This document shows positions 55,102 through 62,947 of a DNA stretch of 64,000 nucleotides, piece after piece. Where the stretch lies: the IMG/VR virus record IMGVR_UViG_3300035698_017305, positions 68,814 through 132,813 of that record, one strand, 5' to 3'. The position numbers were made by a program, and so were the translations under genes. Positions within the stretch are counted from its first letter, which is position 1; every line of letters starts with the position of its first letter. This stretch comes from a virus. The notes beneath the pieces are model-generated. The model searched no databases. It was not told the DNA's origin and saw nothing but the letters and a program-made list of their open reading frames with translations.

Positions 55102-58100
55102 ATGCCCGAATTTAGCCCTGACAGGCAATTTGAGGCCCTCAAAGAAGGAGTCGTGGATGTCATCAAGTCCCAGCTCCCTATTGAGGGTCGCCGTCGTAAA
55201 CTTCAAGTTAACGATGTATATGTCGATGACAGACTAGACTCCGATGACCTCATATCCCAGACTGAGGCCAAAGTTGGGGGGAAAAACTGGGTAGTACCAA
55301 TCAGAGCCAAACTATCTTTGATCGACAAAGAGACTGGCAAGACGGTTGAGAAGAACGATGTAATAGTCGCCCACCTTCCTAAACCGACCAATAGACTTTC
55401 GTATATTCTCCGGGGTAAGGAGTACCAGCCCGTCACACAGTTACGCCTGAAGTCTGGTGTATATGTGAGGCGCACAGATGTTGGTGACTTGGAAGCCATG
55501 TTCAACCTTGAAAAAGGTAGAGGCTTCAATGTTATGTTTGACCCCAAGAGCCGTAAGTTCACCATGAAGTATGGTAACTCCAACATATCCTTGTACCCTA
55601 TCTTGAAAGCTCTGGGTGTGAGTGATGGGGATATCACCAAAGCTTGGGGGGATGAAGTACTAACGTCCAACCAGAAGAGCAAGCCCCTCACTGAACTCAA
55701 CCGGTTTTACAAGACTGAGACAGGTAAGCTGGCCAAGACAGAAGAGGAAGCTGCCTACCTAGTGCAGGATGTACTTGGAGCAACCAAACTACGATCTGAC
55801 ACTACAGAAGTTACCTTGGGTAAGTCCTTTGACAAAGTAAGCGGGGAGGCGCTGATAGCTGCTTCTCATAAGCTTCTGAAGGTAGCCCGGGATGCAGCGG
55901 ACACTGATGATAGAGACGCTCTTATGTTCAAAAAGGCGTTGGGGGTGGAGGATACTCTTCCTGCTGAAGTTAGATCTGCGGCATGGCGTACTAAGGGTAA
56001 GCTGAGTAACAACATTGACAACCCGAATAGTGATATCCGTAAGATCATAGGTTCCGACACATTCGATAAGACCATCACGCAGTTCTTTACACAAGGGTCG
56101 CTGTCAGAAGCCATTGAGCACGTTAACCCGCTACAGTTACTGGCGGGAGCAGCCCAGACCACTATCATGGGTAAAGGCGGTATCACTAAAGAGGATCAGA
56201 TCCGTGAACCTCAGCAGATGATCAACCCGTCCCAGTTCAGTTTCCTAGATCCGGTCCACACACCTGAATCATCCAGGACCGGCATCACTCTGTACATGCC
56301 CCTAGGCACCCATAAGGATGGGGAGGACCTGAAGAGTAGGCTGTACAATATCAAGACCGGTAAGTTTGAGGACGTGAAGGCTACTGATGCCGCGACCAAG
56401 ACAATTGTTTACGCTGACCAAGTAGAATGGAAGAAGGATGGTAAGCCCAAGGCCAAGTTCAGGCAGGTGAAGTCGAGAGCCCCTGGGGAAGAGATCAAAA
56501 TGACGGCATTCAAGGATGCTGACTACGTGGTTCCCCACGCTACGGGGCTCTTTGACTTCGTTACCAACTTGGTGCCTTTCCTGGAGTCTAACCAGGGAAA
56601 TAGAGCGTCCATGTCTACTAGACAATATGAGCAAGCTATCTCTTTGAAGGATAGGGAGGTACCTCTAGTACAAGTGGCCGCCCCGGGCGGTAAGACATTC
56701 GAAGACATAGTAGGTAAGTTTACCGCTAGGCTCTCTCCTGTAGCGGGCAAGGTAATGTCTGTAGAGAAGAATAACATCAAGGTCAAGGATGGTAAAGGTA
56801 AGGTACACATGGTATCTCTTTACTCCCATTACCCTTTGAACGATAAGTATTCCCAGCTCAACTCTGAGCCAGTGGTTAAGGCTGGGGATGTTGTGAAGAA
56901 AGGGCAGTTGGTAGCGGACTCTAACTTCACTAAGGACGGCACGTTCGCGCTAGGTGTAAACCTGGAGGCGGCGTATGTCCCTTATAAGTCCTTCAACCAT
57001 GATGATGGCATTGTTATATCCGACGCAGCATCTAAGAAACTTACCTCTGAGCATTTGTATCAGAGCAAGTACGTAGCTGACACTGAAGCTCAAGTACAGC
57101 TAGCCGAGCTGACCAAGAAGAAGCTAGGTACGAAGAAGGACCTATACCAGAATTACTTCCCCAACAGGGTCACCCCAGAGCAAGGTGGGAAACTAGACTC
57201 TGATGGAGTTATCCGTGAAGGTGAGGCTGTTGACGCAGGTGACTTACTAGTTGCCGGACTTAAGCGTAGACCTATGCGGGAAGAAGACATCATGTTGGCC
57301 AGACTGGATAAGTCTTTGGTCAGACCATTTGATGATGCTTCCGTTCGTTGGGATGAGACGTCCCAAGGTAAGGTTGTACGGGTTGTAAAAGACCGGGTTG
57401 GCGACAAGGTTAGGGGTGCCAGGGTATATGTCAGTACTGCGGAAGCCGCTAAAGTAGGTGACAAGCTAGTAGGTAGGCATGCTAACAAGGGGGTTATCAC
57501 CCTAATTCTACCTGATGCTGAGATGCCTAAAAAGAAAGACGGGACCCCCGTTGAGATCCTGATCAACGCCACAGGTATCCCTTCCCGTATGAACGTGGGG
57601 CAGGTACTGGAAACCGCTGCGTCTAAGATAGCTGAGAAAAAAGGGAAGATCTATATTACGGACAACTTCGGAGACCCAGATAGGGATAATATCCGTAGGG
57701 TTCAAGCTGATCTTAAGGCGGCAGGGGTGACAGATACAGAGCCACTATGGGATGGAAAAGATGATCCCGATAAAGATCCATCACTAGGGACGCCGTTGGC
57801 TGGTAAGCAGTACATTCTCAAGCTTCAACAAATGGTTGAGCACAAGATGGCCTCTAGATCCGGTGGGCCGGGCAGACCATATGATTACAATGACCAACCG
57901 GCTAGTGGAACCGGGGTGCAGGCCATGGATGCGCTGGCTGTGTACAGCCTCTTGTCTCATGGGGCTAAGTCAAACCTAAGAGAAATGATGACATACAAGA
58001 GCTCCCGGAACGATGATTTCTGGGACGCTCTACAACTAGGAAAACCTCTACCCATGCCCGAGACCCCGTTTACTTATGATAAGTTTGGGTCGCTACTAAA

Positions 58101-61100
58101 GGCATTGGGTATTGATATGAGGAAGAGCGGTAACGAGATATCATTCATACCCCTAACTGATAAAGAGACTCGTAAGATCTCTAATGGTGCATTGAAAGAC
58201 CCTGGCCGTATGGTGTTGGGTAAGAACCTACAGCCTGAGAAGGGTGGGCTGTTTGACCCTAAGGTCACTGGAGGCTTGGAGGGTAAGCACTGGAGTCATA
58301 TCGAACTTACGGAGAAGGTTCCAAACCCTGTGTTTGAGGGGGCTATCCGAAGAACTCTCGGCCTTACTGAAAAGGAATTCAGCGGGATAATAAACCACGA
58401 GACTACGGTCGGTGGGGAGACAGGGTTTAAGGCTCTTGAGAAGATGCTGGACTCTCTGGATGTTGACTCTGAGATTGGGTCCATTGAGAGTAAGATGGCG
58501 GATTTATCCGGGGCTAACCTAGCTAAGGCCAACATGAGGCTGAAGCAATTGAAAGCCCTTAGTACATTGAAGATGAAGCCTTCTGATGCGTACATGATGG
58601 GGACGGTCCCAGTACTGCCGCCTAACATGAGGCCGATGGTTATCACTCCTGATGGAAGGCTATCTGGGGATGACGCCAATGACCTGTACAAGTCAGTAGG
58701 TCTTACCAACATGCAGTTGGCCAAGGTAGATAAAGGGTTCCCGGATGAGTTCAAGGACCCACTAAGGGTTGAGCTGTACGATCAATTGAAAGCTCTAACT
58801 ATAACTGGAGTGGTAGACCCGACTAAGCGTAAGAAGCGCGGTATCATGGAGTTTGTGGCGGGGCAGAACCCTAAGAACAGTTTCTTCCAGGCTAAGATGA
58901 TCCGTAAGGCTCAGGATATGAGCGCCAGGGCCATCATTAAGCCTGACCCTAACCAGAGTATTGATGAGATAGGTCTGCCCAGGACGGCGGCGAGAGAAAT
59001 GTACAAGCCGTTCATAGTCAGGGAGCTGTCATTGTCTGGGTATACCCCACGAGAAGCTCAGGTTATGGTAGAGGAGGCCCATCCTAATGCTGATAAGGTT
59101 CTTGAGCAGATCGTGCAAGACAGACCCGTGATTATAAAGCGTGACCCTGCGTTGCACAGATACAGCATCATGGCTTTTAAGCCTAGGCTGCTGGACGGTA
59201 AAACTATTGATATCCACCCGTTGGTAACGAATGGGTTCAACGCTGACTTCGATGGGGACGCCATGGCAGCATATGTCCCTGTGACCCAAGAGGCCATTGA
59301 TGAAGCCAGACTGATGTTCCCAAGTAACCACTTGTTCAGTGCTAGTAGTGGGAAACTCACTACGATGCCACAGCAGGAAGCGGTACTGGGGCTGTACGAA
59401 CTATCCAAGTGGAAACCGGGCGACAATAAGGAATTTAAGTCCTTCGCCGAGGCGGTTAAAGCGGCTGATAAGGGAGGGGTAACCCTGAATGAGGTTATCC
59501 GGGTTAAGGGCAAGCCTACCACTGTGGGCCGGGTAATCCTATATAATTCACTACCCTCAGATATACGTACTGATGACATGCTGTACAAGCAGAGTTTCCG
59601 TATGGATAAAAAGACTACTGGTAAGTTCCTGGAGGGGGTGGCTAAGAAACACCCTAAGCAGTTCGACTTGGTAGCCAATGAGATCTACAGAAGAGGGGCT
59701 GACTTTGCTTACCGTATGGGGGCATCTGTTAGCTTGAACGACTTTGCTGTGGACAAGGGTCTAAGAGCCGCAGTATTCTCGGAAGCGGACACTAAGATCA
59801 ACGCATTAAGACGCAGGGGAGCCAGTCAAAAACGCATAAACAAGGAGTCATTAGAAGCCTATGGTGATGTGACTGATAAAATGGAGACCGCCCTTCATAA
59901 CAGATATGAAGGAGAATCAAACGGACTGTACTCAATGGTTAGTTCTGGTGCCAAGGGTAGCATGACTAACTTCAGGCAAATTACTGGCTCCCCTGTTCTA
60001 GTTCAAGGGTTCATGGGTAAACCTGTTCCTATTCCTATTAGAAAGTCCTACTCGGAAGGGCTAGACCTAGCTGACTACTTCACTAGTATGCACGGAGCCC
60101 GTAAGGGTACCACTGACAGGGTTAAAGGAACGTCAAGGCCCGGTGCCATGACCAAGGAACTCATCAACGCTAACTTGGACCAAGTGGTTAACAAGGATGA
60201 TTGTGGTACCACCCGTGGTATTGGTATGGATATAGAAAGTCGAGAGGTATTGGATAGGTTCTTAGCATCTGATGTCAAGATTGGGTCCAGGGTTATCCCA
60301 AAAGATTCTTTGGTAACCCCAGAGCTATTAGCTAAGCTCAAGAACGCCAAGGTCACCAGGGTCATAGTACGTAGTCCGCTTAAGTGCCAAGAAGATGAGG
60401 GTATATGTGCGAAATGCTACGGGTTAACCGAGAGGGGACACACCCCCGAGATGGGTACCAACCTGGGCGTTATCGCGGCTCAATCACTAGGTGAACCAGC
60501 TACGCAGTTGGTTATGAGAACGTTCCATACAGGATCTGCTGTTACCAGTGGGCGTAAGCTAACTGACCAGTTGACCCGTGTTTACGATGAGCTGTTGCGT
60601 ATGCCCGCGAAACTGCAAGGGTCCGCTGTACTAGCCTCCAGAGAAGGTACGGTACAGAAGATAATCCCCGATAAGGTAGCGGGTGGGTTCAACATCACTG
60701 TGGCTGGTACCAGTCACTACGTTCCAGGGGACAGACCGGTTGATAAGAAGTCCCTGTTAGGTAAGAAGGTTAAGAGGGGTGATCCACTCTCTGATGGTCC
60801 TATTAACCCTCATGAGCTGCTGAAACTGACGGATATGCCGACTGTCCGCAATTACTTGACGGATGAAGTACACAATATCTACGACAGGGAAGCGGGTACT
60901 AAGAGAAAGAACGTAGAGGTCATAATCAAGTCTTTGACAGACACTGGGGTTGTGGATGATCCAGGGGACTCAGCATCCGTTATACGGGGCGACAACATGA
61001 GACTGACCACTGCGGCCCAATTCAATGCCAAAGCCTCTGAGGATGGCCTGAAGGAGATCAAAATCAAGCCTGTACTGAAAGGGCTTAACCAGATACCGAC

Positions 61101-61278
61101 ATTTGCTAACGAGGATGTTCTGTCTAGGCTTAACTTCCAGCATCTCAAAGACACGCTGTTACAGTCAGCAGCTTTGAACTGGAAGTCTAGGATCCATGGA
61201 CCGAACCCAATTCCTGGTCTTGCTTATGGTGCCGAATTCGGAAAACCTCCGAAGGGTAGCCCCAAGACTTGGTACTAA
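55102..61278 (+). CDS. rpoBC: Multisubunit-type DNA-directed RNA polymerase with beta and beta' fused in one 2058-aa chain
   Basis: Beta motifs: LDPVHTPES, GDKLVGRHANKGVI, GIPSRMNVGQ, LREMMTYKS. Beta' motifs: VLPPNMRP, RDPALHR, catalytic NADFDGD (59239-59259), SGAKGS, HGARKG, CQEDEGICAKCYG, AQSLGEPATQLVMRTFH. Confidence 0.97.
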   Translation: MPEFSPDRQFEALKEGVVDVIKSQLPIEGRRRKLQVNDVYVDDRLDSDDLISQTEAKVGGKNWVVPIRAKLSLIDKETGKTVEKNDVIVAHLPKPTNRLSYILRGKEYQPVTQLRLKSGVYVRRTDVGDLEAMFNLEKGRGFNVMFDPKSRKFTMKYGNSNISLYPILKALGVSDGDITKAWGDEVLTSNQKSKPLTELNRFYKTETGKLAKTEEEAAYLVQDVLGATKLRSDTTEVTLGKSFDKVSGEALIAASHKLLKVARDAADTDDRDALMFKKALGVEDTLPAEVRSAAWRTKGKLSNNIDNPNSDIRKIIGSDTFDKTITQFFTQGSLSEAIEHVNPLQLLAGAAQTTIMGKGGITKEDQIREPQQMINPSQFSFLDPVHTPESSRTGITLYMPLGTHKDGEDLKSRLYNIKTGKFEDVKATDAATKTIVYADQVEWKKDGKPKAKFRQVKSRAPGEEIKMTAFKDADYVVPHATGLFDFVTNLVPFLESNQGNRASMSTRQYEQAISLKDREVPLVQVAAPGGKTFEDIVGKFTARLSPVAGKVMSVEKNNIKVKDGKGKVHMVSLYSHYPLNDKYSQLNSEPVVKAGDVVKKGQLVADSNFTKDGTFALGVNLEAAYVPYKSFNHDDGIVISDAASKKLTSEHLYQSKYVADTEAQVQLAELTKKKLGTKKDLYQNYFPNRVTPEQGGKLDSDGVIREGEAVDAGDLLVAGLKRRPMREEDIMLARLDKSLVRPFDDASVRWDETSQGKVVRVVKDRVGDKVRGARVYVSTAEAAKVGDKLVGRHANKGVITLILPDAEMPKKKDGTPVEILINATGIPSRMNVGQVLETAASKIAEKKGKIYITDNFGDPDRDNIRRVQADLKAAGVTDTEPLWDGKDDPDKDPSLGTPLAGKQYILKLQQMVEHKMASRSGGPGRPYDYNDQPASGTGVQAMDALAVYSLLSHGAKSNLREMMTYKSSRNDDFWDALQLGKPLPMPETPFTYDKFGSLLKALGIDMRKSGNEISFIPLTDKETRKISNGALKDPGRMVLGKNLQPEKGGLFDPKVTGGLEGKHWSHIELTEKVPNPVFEGAIRRTLGLTEKEFSGIINHETTVGGETGFKALEKMLDSLDVDSEIGSIESKMADLSGANLAKANMRLKQLKALSTLKMKPSDAYMMGTVPVLPPNMRPMVITPDGRLSGDDANDLYKSVGLTNMQLAKVDKGFPDEFKDPLRVELYDQLKALTITGVVDPTKRKKRGIMEFVAGQNPKNSFFQAKMIRKAQDMSARAIIKPDPNQSIDEIGLPRTAAREMYKPFIVRELSLSGYTPREAQVMVEEAHPNADKVLEQIVQDRPVIIKRDPALHRYSIMAFKPRLLDGKTIDIHPLVTNGFNADFDGDAMAAYVPVTQEAIDEARLMFPSNHLFSASSGKLTTMPQQEAVLGLYELSKWKPGDNKEFKSFAEAVKAADKGGVTLNEVIRVKGKPTTVGRVILYNSLPSDIRTDDMLYKQSFRMDKKTTGKFLEGVAKKHPKQFDLVANEIYRRGADFAYRMGASVSLNDFAVDKGLRAAVFSEADTKINALRRRGASQKRINKESLEAYGDVTDKMETALHNRYEGESNGLYSMVSSGAKGSMTNFRQITGSPVLVQGFMGKPVPIPIRKSYSEGLDLADYFTSMHGARKGTTDRVKGTSRPGAMTKELINANLDQVVNKDDCGTTRGIGMDIESREVLDRFLASDVKIGSRVIPKDSLVTPELLAKLKNAKVTRVIVRSPLKCQEDEGICAKCYGLTERGHTPEMGTNLGVIAAQSLGEPATQLVMRTFHTGSAVTSGRKLTDQLTRVYDELLRMPAKLQGSAVLASREGTVQKIIPDKVAGGFNITVAGTSHYVPGDRPVDKKSLLGKKVKRGDPLSDGPINPHELLKLTDMPTVRNYLTDEVHNIYDREAGTKRKNVEVIIKSLTDTGVVDDPGDSASVIRGDNMRLTTAAQFNAKASEDGLKEIKIKPVLKGLNQIPTFANEDVLSRLNFQHLKDTLLQSAALNWKSRIHGPNPIPGLAYGAEFGKPPKGSPKTWY

Positions 61279-61288
61279 GGTATACACT

Positions 61289-61486
61289 ATGTACAAAGAG
61301 TCGTTCTTAAGAGAGTGGGATGATATTAGGAAGGTGGCCGCTATGGGGGTGCAATCTATACCCCAGATACAAGCGCCTAAGGCCATCAAGATGGACGCAT
61401 CAATGAAGGCACCTACAGTACCCAATGCAGGACTTAGGGCCCCTAAGCCTCCACACGTTGGGGCTTCACAAACGCTAGGTACATAA
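61289..61486 (+). CDS. Small leader-family protein (SFLREWDDIRKVA); candidate internal virion protein
   Basis: Start moved from 61196 to ATG 61289, just after the RNAP stop; Pro/Ala/Lys-rich remainder. Confidence 0.65.
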   Translation: MYKESFLREWDDIRKVAAMGVQSIPQIQAPKAIKMDASMKAPTVPNAGLRAPKPPHVGASQTLGT

Positions 61487-61487
61487 C

Positions 61488-62681
61488 TTGGGTGATGTAA
61501 AAATAGAGTCAGGGAGAGTCACCAATGTCAACACACTGGATTTCACAGTTGATGTGATGGTGGCCGGTTCCCGTAGTCCCTTCTCGGACCTACCGATTGG
61601 GTCTTCATATCTCCACTATGCTCAGGGGGAGGGTGTCACGATTATGCCCGAGGTAGGGGCGGTATGCTGGGTGTGCGTGCCCAGTGACAACTCTGATGCC
61701 TTCGTAATATCCTTTACCAACCCTCAGGATGAGAGTGGAAGTTACAGGGCTAACCGCCGAGATATGAATCCAGGCGACATGTCTATGACCACCAGGGATG
61801 GAAATGGTATCATTTTGAGACGAGGTGGGGTTGTGGAAATACAGTCTACCCCCATGTCTAAGCGGATCCATGTACCCATTCTTAACTTTATTAGAGATTT
61901 CTGTGAGAATTACGGCCTGCACACTCCCGGAGGTGATATCACTTGGACTATAAATCGGAAGAATAAGCATACGACGTATGCCACTGGTATAAAAGAGCTG
62001 GGTACAGACGCCAAGGCGGTGTTCTTTGTAGACTCAGGGTATGTGGATGGTTCTGTAATATTCCAGGCTTACGGTCTACCTGCGGCTGGTACTAAGCTTC
62101 ATAGTGAGCTGTCACCACTGCCCACCCGTCTCAATACTGGGGTGGATTTGGCGACTACTATGGGCGGTTCCGCTGCCACAGCCGCTATCGAAGCAGCATC
62201 AGTAGCCCAAGGATGGTCATTTTGTTTAAACGTCGATAAATCTGGGGCGGTGATTTTTAGCGCAGTAGATGCTAAACTAGCATTTGCAAACGCCTTCTCT
62301 CTAATGGCGGGGGCGTCGATAAATCTAAGGACCACAGCTTTCAATCTGGAAGCGGTAACTGGAGCACTGAACTTGGTACAGACGTTGGGCATAACTGCAC
62401 CCGGAGGGATCTCCTTAGGGTCAGCCACTGAAGAATCGGGTGCTGATGAGCCGGTGGTGTGTGGTAACCTTTTACTAGAGTCCCTTAACACTCTGATTAC
62501 CATAGTCATGGGACATATACATGGGGAGAAGGGAGTTCCTATACCCCCTGCCACCCCACCGTTGGTGATGAATATAGACTCTCAATTGGCCCTATTAGGG
62601 TTAAGGCTAGCTCAATTTAACCCGCAGGCCATGGGTCCTAACGTCCTATCTGATTTGGTTACAGTAAAGGCGAAGGAGTAA
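61488..62681 (+). CDS. Baseplate central spike (P2 gpV / T4 gp5-like), TTG start
   Basis: OB-fold pattern GRVTNVN...TVDV...MPEVGAVCWV; beta-helix-like middle region; C-terminal GHIHG metal-binding motif. Confidence 0.8.
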   Translation: MGDVKIESGRVTNVNTLDFTVDVMVAGSRSPFSDLPIGSSYLHYAQGEGVTIMPEVGAVCWVCVPSDNSDAFVISFTNPQDESGSYRANRRDMNPGDMSMTTRDGNGIILRRGGVVEIQSTPMSKRIHVPILNFIRDFCENYGLHTPGGDITWTINRKNKHTTYATGIKELGTDAKAVFFVDSGYVDGSVIFQAYGLPAAGTKLHSELSPLPTRLNTGVDLATTMGGSAATAAIEAASVAQGWSFCLNVDKSGAVIFSAVDAKLAFANAFSLMAGASINLRTTAFNLEAVTGALNLVQTLGITAPGGISLGSATEESGADEPVVCGNLLLESLNTLITIVMGHIHGEKGVPIPPATPPLVMNIDSQLALLGLRLAQFNPQAMGPNVLSDLVTVKAKE

Positions 62682-62684
62682 GAA

Positions 62685-62933
62685 ATGGCGGCCTGTTTAG
62701 AAATAGCCATACCCCAACTGGAGTTAATGAAAACTGCATTCCTGGCACTCCCTATGGATGCTAGGTTGCCTATAAAAAACGTAACACTGACAGTCAGTGC
62801 TGGCATACCTCCTACCTACTCAGTAGAGGTAGAATGGGGGTTCCCGGAAATACCGGGGATACCTGAGCTAGCCTTAGGTCTGTGTGATCCTTCTGTAGCA
62901 ATACCCTCTGTACCTGATGTACCGATACCATAA
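62685..62933 (+). CDS. Small Pro-rich hypothetical protein after the spike
   Basis: AAGGAG RBS; 82 aa; PEIPGIPE...IPSVPDVPIP. Confidence 0.55.
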   Translation: MAACLEIAIPQLELMKTAFLALPMDARLPIKNVTLTVSAGIPPTYSVEVEWGFPEIPGIPELALGLCDPSVAIPSVPDVPIP

Positions 62934-62947
62934 GGGAGTCAACTGTA

